NCBI GenBank assembly: GCA_964016885.1
Contig: OZ024742.1
Span: 372,806,001-372,870,000 of the forward strand
DNA from: Eledone cirrhosa
Taxonomy: Eukaryota
DNA length: 64,000 nt
Direction: 5' to 3'
The position numbers were made by a program, and so were the translations under genes. The notes under the pieces were generated by a model that did not search any database, had not been told where the DNA came from, and was given only the letters and a program-made list of their open reading frames with translations. Of this stretch, positions 45,661 to 60,319 are shown piece after piece. Positions within the stretch are counted from its first letter, which is position 1. The number at the start of each line of letters is the position of its first letter.

Positions 45661-48600
45661 TCATTCTATATAAACTCTGAATCTGATTCTATATAAACTG
45701 TAACTCTCATTTTATATAAACTGTGAATCTCATTCTATATAAACTGTATATCTCATTCTATATAAACTGTAAATCTCATTCGATAAACTGTAAATCTCTT
45801 TTTATATAAAATGTAAATCTCATTCTATAAACTGTAAATCTCTTTCTATATAAACTGTAAATCTCATGCTATAAACTGAAAATCTCATTCTATATAAACT
45901 GTAAATCTCTTTCTATATAAACTCTGAATCTGATTCTATATAAACTGTAACTCTCATTTCATATAAACTGCGAATCTCATTCTATATAAACTGTATATCT
46001 CATTCTATATAAACTGTAAATCTCATTCGATAAACTGTAAATCTCTTTTTATATAAACTGTAAATCTCATTCTATATAAACTGTAAATCTCATTCTATAT
46101 AAAATGTAAATCTCATTCTATAAACTGTAAATCTCTTTCTATATAAACTGTAAATCTCATTCTATATAAACTGTAAATCTCTTTCTATATAAAGTGTAAA
46201 TTTCATTCTATAAACTCTAAATCTCTTTCTATATAAACTGTAAATCTCATTCTATATAAACTGTAAATCTCTTTCTATATAAACTGTAAATCTCATTCTA
46301 TATAAACTGAATCTCATTCTATATAAACTGTAAATCTCTTTCTATATAAACTGTAAATCTCATTCTATATAAACTGTAAATCTCATTCTATATAAACTGT
46401 AAATCTCATTCTATTAACTGTAAATCTCATTCTATATAAACTGTAAATCTCATTCTATATAAACTGTATATATCATTCTATAAACTGTAAATCTCAGTCT
46501 ATAAACTGTAAATCTCAGTCTATAAACTGTAAATCTCTTTCTATATATACTGTAAATCTCTTTCTATATAAACTGTAAATTTCATTCTATAAACTCTAAA
46601 TCTCTTTCTATATAAACTGTAAATCTCATTCTATATAAACTGTAAATCTCTTTCTATATAAACTGTAAGTCTCATTCTATATAAGCTGTAAATCTCATTC
46701 TATGAACTGTAAATCTCTTTCTATATAAACTGTAAATCTCATTCTATATGAACTGTAAATCTCATTCTATAAACTGTAAATCTCTTTCTATATAAACTGT
46801 AAATCACATTCTATATAAACTATAAATCTCATTCGATAAACTGTAAATCTCTTTTTATATAAACTGTAAATCTCATTCTATATACACTGTAAATCTCATT
46901 CTATATAAACTGTAAATCTCATGCTATAAACTGAAAATCTCATTCTATATAAACTGTAAATCTCTTTCTATATAAACTCTGAATCTGATTCTATATAAAC
47001 TGTAACTCTCATTTCATATAAACTGCGAATCTCATTCTATATAAACTGTATATCTCATTCTATATAAACTGTAAATCTCATTCGATAAACTGTAAATCTC
47101 TTTTTATATAAACTGTAAATCTCATTCTATATAAACTGTAAATCTCATTCTATATAAAATGTAAATCTCAGTCTATAAACTGTAAATCTCAGTCTATAAA
47201 CTGTAAATCTCTTTCTATATAAACTGTAAATCTCTTTCTATATAAACTGTAAATTTCATTCTATAAACTCTAAATCTCTTTCTATATAAACTGTAAATCT
47301 CATTCTATATAAACTGTAAATCTCTTTCTATATAAACTGTAAATCTCATTCTATATAAGCTGTAAATCTCATTCTATGAAATGTAAATCTCTTTCTATAT
47401 AAACTGTAAATCTCATTCTATATGAACTGTAAATCTCATTCTATAAACTGTAAATCTCTTTCTATATAAACTGTAAATCTCATTCTATATAAACTGTAAA
47501 TCTCTTTCTATATAAACTGTAAATTTCATTCTATAAACTGTAAATCTCTTTCTATATAAACTGTAAATCTCATTCTATATAAACTGTAAATCTCTTTCTA
47601 TATAAACTGTAAATCTCATTCTATATAAACTGTGAATCTCATTCTATATAAACTGTAAATCTCATTCTATAAACTGTAAATCTCTTTCTATATAAACTGT
47701 AAATCTCATTCTATATAAGCTGTAAATCTCATTCTATTAACTGTAAATCTCTTTCTATATAAACTGTAAATCTCATTCTATATAAACGGTATATATCATT
47801 CTATAAACTGTAAATCTCTTTCAGTATAAACTGTAAATCTCATTCTATATAAACTGTAAATCTCTTTCTATATGAACTGTAATTCTCTTTCTATATAAAC
47901 TGTAAATCTCATTCTATATAAGCTGTAAATCTCATTCTATGAACTGTAAATCTCTTTCTATATACACTGTAAATCTCATTCTACATAAACTGTAAATCTC
48001 ATTCTATAAACTGTAAATCTCTTTCTATATAAACTGTAAATCTCATTCTATATAAACTGTAAATCTCTTTCTATATTAACTGTAAATTTCATTCTATAAA
48101 CTGTAAATCTCTTTCTATATAAACTGTAAATCTCATTCTATATAAACTGTAAATCTCATTCTATTTCAACTGTAAATCTCATTCTATAAACTGTAAATCT
48201 CTTTCTATATAAACTGTAAATCTCTTTCTATATGAACTGTAAATTTCTTTCTATATAAACTGTAAATCTCATTCTATATAAGCTGTAAATCTCATTCTAT
48301 GAACTGTAAATATCTTTCTATATAAACTGTAAATCTCATTCTACATAAACTGTAAATCTCATTCTATAAACTGTAAATCTCTTTCTATATAAACTGTAAA
48401 TCTCATTCTATATAAACTGTAAATCTCTTTCTATATAAACTGTAAATTTCATTCTATAAACTGTAAATCTCTTTCTATATAAACTGTAAATCTCATTCTA
48501 TATAAACTGTAAATCTCATTCTATATAAGCTGTAAATCTCATTCTATTAACTGTAAATCTCTTTCTATATAAACTGTAAATCTCATTCTATATAAACTGT

Positions 48601-51600
48601 ATATATCATTCTATAAACTGTAAATCTCAGTCTATAAACTGTAAATCTCTTTCTCTATAAACTGTAAATCTCTTTCTATATGAACTGTAAATCTCATTCT
48701 ATATAAACTGTAAATCTCTTTCTATATAAACTGTAAATCTCATTCTATATAAACTGTGAATCTCATTCTATATAAACTGTAAATCTCATTCTATAAACTG
48801 TAAATCTCTTTCTATATAAACTGTAAATCTCATTCTATATAAGCTGTAAATCTCATTCTATTAACTGTAAATCTCTTTCTATATAAACTGTAAATCTCAT
48901 TCTATATAAACTGTATATATCATTCTATAAAGTGTAAATCTCAGTCTATAAACTGTAAATCTCTTTCTATATAAACTGTAAATCTCTTTCTATATGAACT
49001 GTAATTCTCTTTCTATATAAACTGTAAATCTCATTCTATATAAGCTGTAAATCTCATTCTATGAACTGTAAATCTCTTTCTATATAAACTGTAAATCTCA
49101 TTCTACATAAACTGTAAATCTCATTCTATAAACTGTAAATCTCTTTCTATATAAACTGTAAATCTCATTCTATATAAACTGTAAATCTCTTTCTATATCA
49201 ACTGTAAATCTCATTCTATAAACTGTAAATCTCTTTCTATATAAACTGTAAATCTCTTTCTATATGAACTGTAAATTTCTTTCTATATAAACTGTAAATC
49301 TCATTCTATATAAGCTGTAAATCTCATTCTATGAACTGTAAATATCTTTCTATATAAACTGTAAATCTCATTCTACATAAACTGTAAATCTCATTCTATA
49401 AACTGTAAATCTCTTTCTATATAAACTGTAAATCTCATTCTATATAAACTGTAAATCTCTTTCTATATAAACTGTAAATTTCATTCTATAAACTGTAAAT
49501 CTCTTTCTATATAAACTGTAAATCTCATTCTATATAAACTGTAAATCTCATTCTATATAAGCTGTAAATCTCATTCTATTAACTGTAAATCTCTTTCTAT
49601 ATAAACTGTAAATCTCATTCTATATAAACTGTATATATCATTCTATAAACTGTAAATCTCAGTCTATAAACTGTAAATCTCTTTCTCTATAAACTGTAAA
49701 TCTCTTTCTATATGAACTGTAAATCTCTTTCTATATAAACTGTAAATCTCATTCTATGTAAGCTGTAAATCTCATTCTATGAACTGTAAATCTCTTTCTA
49801 TATAAACTGTAAATCTCATTCTATATAAACTGTAAATTTCATTCTATAAACTGTAAATCTCTTTCTATATAAACTGTAAATCTCATTCTATATAAACTGT
49901 AAATCTCTTTCTATATAAACTGTAAATCTCATTCTATATAAACTGTGAATCTCATTCTATAAACTGTAAATCTCTTTCTATATAAACTGTAAATATCATT
50001 CTATATACACTGTAAATCTCTTTCTATATAAACTGTAAATCCCATTCTATATAAACTGTATATATCATTCTATAAACTGTAAATCACATTCTATAAACTG
50101 TAAATCTCTTTCTATATGAACTGTAAATCTCATTCTATATAACTTGTAAATCTCATTCTATAAACTGTGAATCTCATTCTATATAAACTGTAAGTCTCAT
50201 TCTATAAACTGCAAATCTCATTCTATGAACTGTAAATCTCTTTCTATATAAACTGTAAATCTCATTCTATATAAAATGTAAATCTCATTCTATAAACTGT
50301 AAATCTCTTTCTGTATAAACTGTAAATCTCATTCTATATAAACTGTAAATCTCTTTCTATATAAACTGTAAATTTCATTCTATAAACTGTAAATCTCTTT
50401 CTATATAAACTGTAAATCTAATTCTATATAAACTGTAAATCTCTTTCTATATAAACTGTAAATCTCATTCTATATAAACTGTGAATCTCATTCTATAAGC
50501 TGTAAATCTCTTTCTATATAAACTGTAAATCTCATTCTATATACACTGTAAATCTCTTTCTATATAAACTGTAAATCTCATTCTATATAAAATGTAAATC
50601 TCATTCTATAAACTGTAAATCCCTTTCCATATAAACTGTAAATCTCATTCTATATAAGCTGTAAATCTCATTCTATAAATTGTACATCTCTTTCTATATA
50701 AACTGTAAATCCCATTCTATATAAACTGTATATATCATTCTATAAACTGTAAATCTCATTCTATATACTGAAATCTCTTTCTATATAAACTGTAAATCTA
50801 ATTCTATATTAACTGTAAATCTGATTCTATAAACTGTAAATCTCTTTCTATATAAACTGTAAATCTCACTCTATATAAACTGTAAATCTCTTTCAATATA
50901 AACTGTAAATCTCGTTCTATATAAGCTGTAAATCTCATTCTATAAACTGTAAATCTCTTTCTATATAAACTGTAAATCCCATTCTATATAAACTGTATAT
51001 ATCATTCTATAAACTGTAAATCATATTCTATGAACTGTAAATCTCTTTCTATATAAACTGTAAATCTCATTCTATATAAACTGTAAATCTATTTCTATAT
51101 GAACTGTAAATCTCATTCTATATAAATTGTAAATCTCATTCTATAAACTGTGAATCTCATTCTATATAAACTGTAAATCTCATTCTATAAACTGTAAATC
51201 TCATTCTATGAACTGTAAATCTCTTTCTATATAAACTGTAAATCTCATTCTGTATAAACTGTAAATCTCTTTCTATATAAACTGTAAATTTCATTCTATA
51301 AACTGTAAATCTCTTTCTATATAAACTGTAAATCTCATTCTATATAAACTGTAAATCTCATTCTATATAAACTGTAAATCTCATTCTATAAACTGTAAAT
51401 CTCTTTCTATATAAACTGTAAATCTCTTTCTATATGAACTGTAAATTTCTTTCTATATAAACTGTAAATCTCATTCTATATAAGCTGTAAATCTCATTTT
51501 ATGAACTGTAAATATCTTTCTATATAAACTGTAAATCTCATTCTACATAAACTGTAAATCTCATTCTATAAACTGTAAATCTCTTTCTATATAAACTGTA

Positions 51601-54600
51601 AATCTCTTTCTATATGAACTGTAAATTTCTTTCTATATAAACTGTAAATCTCATTCTATATAAGCTGTAAATCTCATTCTATGAACTGTAAATATCTTTC
51701 TATATAAACTGTAAATCTCATTCTACATAAACTGTAAATCTCATTCTATAAACTGTAAATCTCTTTCTATATAAACTGTAAATCTCATTCTATATAAACT
51801 GTAAATCTCTTTCTATATAAACTGTAAATTTCATTCTATAAACTGTAAATCTCTTTCTATATAAACTGTAAATCTCATTCTATATAAACTGTAAATCTCA
51901 TTCTATATAAGCTGTAAATCTCATTCTATTAACTGTAAATCTCTTTCTATATAAACTGTAAATCTCATTCTATATAAACTGTATATATCATTCTATAAAC
52001 TGTAAATCTCAGTCTATAAACTGTAAATCTCTTTCTCTATAAACTGTAAATCTCTTTCTATATGAACTGTAAATCTCATTCTATATAAACTGTAAATCTC
52101 TTTCTATATAAACTGTAAATCTCATTCTATATAAACTGTGAATCTCATTCTATATAAACTGTAAATCTCATTCTATAAACTGTAAATCTCTTTCTATATA
52201 AACTGTAAATCTCATTCTATATAAGCTGTAAATCTCATTCTATTAACTGTAAATCTCTTTCTATATAAACTGTAAATCTCATTCTATATAAACTGTATAT
52301 ATCATTCTATAAAGTGTAAATCTCAGTCTATAAACTGTAAATCTCTTTCTATATAAACTGTAAATCTCTTTCTATATGAACTGTAATTCTCTTTCTATAT
52401 AAACTGTAAATCTCATTCTATATAAGCTGTAAATCTCATTCTATGAACTGTAAATCTCTTTCTATATAAACTGTAAATCTCATTCTACATAAACTGTAAA
52501 TCTCATTCTATAAACTGTAAATCTCTTTCTATATAAACTGTAAATCTCATTCTATATAAACTGTAAATCTCTTTCTATATTAACTGTAAATTTCATTCTA
52601 TAAACTGTAAATCTCTTTCTATATAAACTGTAAATCTCATTCTATATAAACTGTAAATCTCATTCTATATCAACTGTAAATCTCATTCTATAAACTGTAA
52701 ATCTCTTTCTATATAAACTGTAAATCTCTTTCTATATGAACTGTAAATTTCTTTCTATATAAACTGTAAATCTCATTCTATATAAGCTGTAAATCTCATT
52801 CTATGAACTGTAAATATCTTTCTATATAAACTGTAAATCTCATTCTACATAAACTGTAAATCTCATTCTATAAACTGTAAATCTCTTTCTATATAAACTG
52901 TAAATCTCATTCTATATAAACTGTAAATCTCTTTCTATATAAACTGTAAATTTCATTCTATAAACTGTAAATCTCTTTCTATATAAACTGTAAATCTCAT
53001 TCTATATAAACTGTAAATCTCATTCTATATAAGCTGTAAATCTCATTCTATTAACTGTAAATCTCTTTCTATATAAACTGTAAATCTCATTCTATATAAA
53101 CTGTATATATCATTCTATAAACTGTAAATCTCAGTCTATAAACTGTAAATCTCTTTCTCTATAAACTGTAAATCTCTTTCTATATGAACTGTAAATCTCT
53201 TTCTATATAAACTGTAAATCTCATTCTATGTAAGCTGTAAATCTCATTCTATGAACTGTAAATCTCTTTCTATATAAACTGTAAATCTCATTCTATATAA
53301 ACTGTAAATCTCATTCTATGAACTGTAAATCTCTTTCTATATAAACTGTAAATCTCATTCTATATAAACTGTAAATTTCATTCTATAAACTGTAAATCTC
53401 TTTCTATATAAACTGTAAATCTCATTCTATATAAACTGTAAATCTCTTTCTATATAAACTGTAAATCTCATTCTATATAAACTGTGAATCTCATTCTATA
53501 AACTGTAAATCTCTTTCTATATAAACTGTAAATATCATTCTATATACACTGTAAATCTCTTTCTATATAAACTGTAAATCCCATTCTATATAAACTGTAT
53601 ATATCATTCTATAAACTGTAAATCACATTCTATAAACTGTAAATCTCTTTCTATATGAACTGTAAATCTCATTCTATATAACTTGTAAATCTCATTCTAT
53701 AAACTGTGAATCTCATTCTATATAAACTGTAAGTCTCATTCTATAAACTGCAAATCTCATTCTATGAACTGTAAATCTCTTTCTATATAAACTGTAAATC
53801 TCATTCTATATAAAATGTAAATCTCATTCTATAAACTGTAAATCTCTTTCTGTATAAACTGTAAATCTCATTCTATATAAACTGTAAATCTCTTTCTATA
53901 TAAACTGTAAATTTCATTCTATAAACTGTAAATCTCTTTCTATATAAACTGTAAATCTAATTCTATATAAACTGTAAATCTCTTTCTATATAAACTGTAA
54001 ATCTCATTCTATATAAACTGTGAATCTCATTCTATAAGCTGTAAATCTCTTTCTATATAAACTGTAAATCTCATTCTATATACACTGTAAATCTCTTTCT
54101 ATATAAACTGTAAATCTCATTCTATATAAAATGTAAATCTCATTCTATAAACTGTAAATCCCTTTCCATATAAACTGTAAATCTCATTCTATATAAGCTG
54201 TAAATCTCATTCTATAAATTGTACATCTCTTTCTATATTAACTGTAAATCCCATTCTATATAAACTGTATATATCATTCTATAAACTGTAAATCTCATTC
54301 TATATACTGTAAATCTCTTTCTATATAAACTGTAAATCTAATTCTATATTAACTGTAAATCTGATTCTATAAACTGTAAATCTCTTTCTATATAAACTGT
54401 AAATCTCACTCTATATAAACTGTAAATCTCTTTCAATATAAACTGTAAATCTCGTTCTATATAAGCTGTAAATCTCATTCTATAAACTGTAAATCTCTTT
54501 CTATATAAACTGTAAATCCCATTCTATATAAACTGTATATATCATTCTATAAACTGTAAATCACATTCTATAAACTGTAAATCTCTTTCTATATAAACTG

Positions 54601-57600
54601 TAAATCTCATTCTATATAAACTGTAAATCTATTTCTATATGAACTGTAAATCTCATTCTATATAAATTGTAAATCTCATTCTATAAACTGTGAATCTCAT
54701 TCTATATAAACTGTAAATCTCATTCTATAAACTGTAAATCTCATTCTATGAACTGTAAATCTCTTTCTATATAAACTGTAAATCTCATTCTATATAAACT
54801 GTAAATCTCTTTCTATATAAACTGTAAATTTCATTCTATAAACTGTAAATCTCTTTCTATATAAACTGTAAATCTCATTCTATATAAACTGTAAATCTCA
54901 TTCTATATAAACTGTAAATCTCATTCTATAAACTGTAAATCTCTTTCTATATAAACTGTAAATCTCTTTCTATATGAACTGTAAATTTCTTTCTATATAA
55001 ACTGTAAATCTCATTCTATATAAGCTGTAAATCTCATTTTATGAACTGTAAATATCTTTCTATATAAACTGTAAATCTCATTCTACATAAACTGTAAATC
55101 TCATTCTATAAACTGTAAATCTCTTTCTATATAAACTGTAAATCTCATTCTATATAAACTGTAAATCTCTTTCTATATAAACTGTAAATTTCATTCTATA
55201 AACTGTAAATCTCTTTCTATATAAACTGTAAATCTCATTCTATATAAACTGTAAATCTCATTCTATATAAGCTGTAAATCTCATTCTATTAACTGTAAAT
55301 CTCTTTCTATATAAACTGTAAATCTCATTCTATATAAACTGTATATATCATTCTATAAACTGTAAATCTCAGTCTATAAACTGTAAATCTCTTTCTCTAT
55401 AAACTGTAAATCTCTTTCTATATGAACTGTAAATCTCTTTCTATATAAACTGTAAATCTCATTCTATGTAAGCTGTAAATCTCATTCTATGAACTGTAAA
55501 TCTCTTTCTATATAAACTGTAAATCTCATTCTATATAAACTGTAAATCTCATTCTATGAACTGTAAATCTCTTTCTATATAAACTGTAAATCTCATTCTA
55601 TATAAACTGTAAATTTCATTCTATAAACTGTAAATCTCTTTCTATATAAACTGTAAATCTCATTCTATATAAACTGTAAATCTCTTTCTATATAATCTGT
55701 AAATCTCATTCTATATAAACTGTGAATCTCATTCTATAAACTGTAAATCTCTTTCTATATAAACTGTAAATATCATTCTATATACACTGTAAATCTCTTT
55801 CTATATAAACTGTAAATCCCATTCTATATAAACTGTATATATCATTCTATAAACTGTAAATCACATTCTATAAACTGTAAATCTCTTTCTATATAAACTG
55901 TAAATCTCATTCTATATAAACTGTAGATCTCTTTCTATATGAACTGTAAATCTCATTCTATATAACTTGTAAATCTCATTCTATAAACTGTGAATCTCAT
56001 TCTATATAAACTGTAAGTCTCATTCTATAAACTGCAAATCTCATTCTATGAACTGTAAATCTCTTTCTATATAAACTGTACATCTCATTCTATATAAAAT
56101 GTAAATCTCATTCTATAAACTGTAAATCTCTTTCTGTATAAACTGTAAATCTCATTCTATATAAACTGTAAATCTCTTTCTATATAAACTGTAAATTTCA
56201 TTCTATAAACTGTAAATCTAATTCTATATAAACTGTAAATCTCTTTCTATATAAACTGTAAATCTCATTCTATATAAACTGTGAATCTCATTCTATAAGC
56301 TGTAAATCTCTTTCTATATAAACTGTAAATCTGATTCTATATACACTGTAAATCTCTTTCTATATAAACTGTAAATCTCATTCTATATAAACTGTAAATC
56401 TCATTCTATAAACTGTAAATCCCTTTCCATATAAACTGTAAATCTCATTCTATATAAGCTGTAAATCTCATTCTATAAACTGTACATCTCTTTCTATATA
56501 AACTGTAAATCCCATTCTATATAAACTGTATATATCATTCTATAAACTGTAAATCTCATTCTATATACTGTAAATCTCTTTCTATATAAACTGTAAATCT
56601 AATTCTATATTAACTGTAAATCTGATTCTATAAACTGTAAATCTCTTTCTATATAAACTGTAAATCTCACTCTATATAAACTGTAAATCTCTTTCTATAT
56701 AAACTGTAAATCTCGTTCTATATAAGCTGTAAATCTCATTCTATAAACTGTAAATCTCTTTCTATATAAACTGTAAATCCCATTCTATATAAACTGTATA
56801 TATCATTATATAAACTGTAAATCACATTCTATAAACTGTAAATCTCTTTCTATATAAACTGTAAATCTCATTCTATATAAACTGTAAATCTATTTCTATA
56901 TGAACTGTAAATCTCATTCTATATAAATTGTAAATCTCATTCTATAAACTGTAAATCCCTTTCCATATAAACTGTAAATCTCATTCTATATAAGCTGTAA
57001 ATCTCATTCTATAAATTGTACATCTCTTTCTATATAAACTGTAAATCCCATTCTATATAAACTGTATATATCATCCTATAAACTGTAAATCTCATTCTAT
57101 ATACTGTAAATCTCTTTCTATATAAACTGTAAATCTAATTCTATATTAACTGTAAATCTGATTCTATAAACTGTAAATCTCTTTCTATATAAACTGTAAA
57201 TCTCACTCTATATAAACTGTAAATCTCTTTCTATATAAACTGTAAATCTCGTTCTATATAAGCTGTAAATCTCATTCTATAAACTGTAAATCTCTTTCTA
57301 TATAAACTGTAAATCCCATTCTATATAAACTGTATATATCATTCTATAAACTGTAAATCACATTCTATAAACTGTAAATCTCTTTCTATATAAACTGTAA
57401 ATCTCATTCTATATAAACTGTAAATCTCTTTCTATATAAACTGTAAATTTCATTCTATAAACTGTAAATCTCTTTCTATATAAACTGTAAATCTCATTCT
57501 ATATAAACTGTAAATCTCATTCTATATAAACTGTAAATCTCATTCTATAAACTGTAAATCTCTTTCTATATAAACTGTAAATCTCTTTCTATATGAACTG

Positions 57601-59850
57601 TAAATTTCTTTCTATATAAACTGTAAATCTCATTCTATATAAGCTGTAAATCTCATTTTATGAACTGTAAATATCTTTCTATATAAACTGTAAATCTCAT
57701 TCTACATAAACTGTAAATCTCATTCTATAAACTGTAAATCTCTTTCTATATAAACTGTAAATCTCATTCTATATAAACTGTAAATCTCTTTCTATATAAA
57801 CTGTAAATTTCATTCTATAAACTGTAAATCTCTTTCTATATAAACTGTAAATCTCATTCTATATAAACTGTAAATCTCATTCTATATAAGCTGTAAATCT
57901 CATTCTATTAACTGTAAATCTCTTTCTATATAAACTGTAAATCTCATTCTATATAAACTGTATATATCATTCTATAAACTGTAAATCTCAGTCTATAAAC
58001 TGTAAATCTCTTTCTCTATAAACTGTAAATCTCTTTCTATATGAACTGTAAATCTCTTTCTATATAAACTGTAAATCTCATTCTATGTAAGCTGTAAATC
58101 TCATTCTATGAACTGTAAATCTCTTTCTATATAAACTGTAAATCTCATTCTATATAAACTGTAAATCTCATTCTATGAACTGTAAATCTCTTTCTATATA
58201 AACTGTAAATCTCATTCTATATAAACTGTAAATTTCATTCTATAAACTGTAAATCTCTTTCTATATAAACTGTAAATCTCATTCTATATAAACTGTAAAT
58301 CTCTTTCTATATAAACTGTAAATCTCATTCTATATAAACTGTAAATCTCATTCTATAAACTGTAAATCTCTTTCTATATAAACTGTAAATATCATTCTAT
58401 ATACACTGTAAATCTCTTTCTATATAAACTGTAAATCCCATTCTATATAAACTGTATATATCATTCTATAAACTGTAAATCACATTCTATAAACTGTAAA
58501 TCTCTTTCTATATAAACTGTAAATCTCATTCTATATAAACTGTAGATCTCTTTCTATATGAACTGTAAATCTCATTCTATATAACTTGTAAATCTCATTC
58601 TATAAACTGTGAATCTCATTCTATATAAACTGTAAGTCTCATTCTATAAACTGCAAATCTCATTCTATGAACTGTAAACCTCTTTCTATATAAACTGTAA
58701 ATCTCATTCTATATAAAATGTAAATCTCATTCTATAAACTGTAAATCTCTTTCTGTATAAACTGTAAATCTCATTCTATATAAACTGTAAATCTCTTTCT
58801 ATATAAACTGTAAATTTCATTCTATAAACTGTAAATCTCTTTCTATATAAACTGTAAATCTAATTCTATATAAACTGTAAATCTCTTTCTATATAAACTG
58901 TAAATCTCATTCTATATAAACTGTGAATCTCATTCTATAAGCTGTAAATCTCTTTCTATATAAACTGTAAATCTGATTCTATATACACTGTAAATCTCTT
59001 TCTATATAAACTGTAAATCTCATTCTATATAAACTGTAAATCTCATTCTATAAACTGTAAATCCCTTTCCATATAAACTGTAAATCTCATTCTATATAAG
59101 CTGTAAATCTCATTCTATAAACTGTACATCTCTTTCTATATAAACTGTAAATCCCATTCTATATAAACTGTATATATCATTCTATAAACTGTAAATCTCA
59201 TTCTATATACTGTAAATCTCTTTCTATATAAACTGTAAATCTAATTCTATATTAACTGTAAATCTGATTCTATAAACTGTAAATCTCTTTCTATATAAAC
59301 TGTAAATCTCACTCTATATAAACTGTAAATCTCTTTCTATATAAACTGTAAATCTCGTTCTATATAAGCTGTAAATCTCATTCTATAAACTGTAAATCTC
59401 TTTCTATATAAACTGTAAATCCCATTCTATATAAACTGTATATATCATTATATAAACTGTAAATCACATTCTATAAACTGTAAATCTCTTTCTATATAAA
59501 CTGTAAATCTCATTCTATATAAACTGTAAATCTATTTCTATATGAACTGTAAATCTCATTCTATATAAATTGTAAATCTCATTCTATAAACTGTGAATCT
59601 CATTCTATATAAACTGTAAATCTCATTCTATAAACTGTAAATCTCATTCTATGAACTGTAAATCTCTTTCTATATGAACTGTAAATCTCATTCTATATAA
59701 ACTGTAAATCTCATTCTATAAACTGTAAATCTCTTTCTGTATAAACTGTAAATCTCATTCTATATAAACTGTAAATCTCTTTCTATATAAACTGTAAATC
59801 TCATTCTATAAACTGTAAATCTCATTCTATATAAACTGTAAATCTCATTC
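44400..59850. repeat. ~15.5 kb collinear copy of ~16400-33900
   Basis: Shared rare markers in the same order, with offsets stepping down: tactctg 16907/44884 (27977), aaagtgtaaatttc 18394/46191 (27797), ctatttcaac 20362/48161 (27799), tcatcctat 30956/57075 (26119), gtaaacctc 32738/58679 (25941). Confidence 0.88.
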
Positions 59851-60319
59851 TATAAACTGTAAATCTCATTCTATATAAACTGTAAATCTCTTTCTATATA
59901 ACCTGTAAATCTCTTTCTATATAACCTGTAAATCTCTTTCTATATAAACTGTTAATCTCATGCTATAAACTGTAAATCTCATTCTATATAAACTGTAAAT
60001 CTCTTTCTATATAACCTGTAAATCTCTTTCTATATAACCTGTAAATCTCTTTCTATATAAACTGTAAATCTCATGCTATAGACTGTAAATCTCATTCTAT
60101 ATGAACTGTAAATCTCTTTCTATATAAACTGTAAATCTCATTCTATATAATCTGTAAATCTCATTCGATAAACTGTAAATCTCTTTTTATATAAACAGTA
60201 AATCTCATTCTATATAAACTGTAAATCTCATTCTATGAACTTTAAATCTCTTTCTATATAAACTGTAAATCTCATTCTATATAAAATGTAAATCTCATTC
60301 TATAAACTGTAAATCTCAT

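Noticed and set aside
10113-59850. Large duplications as pure assembly artefact or sequencing noise
   Set aside because: The same rare variants recur in the same order, and the copies carry private SNVs and whole-monomer indels. Exact copy numbers and singletons such as the 1-bp deletion at ~50770 still need read confirmation.
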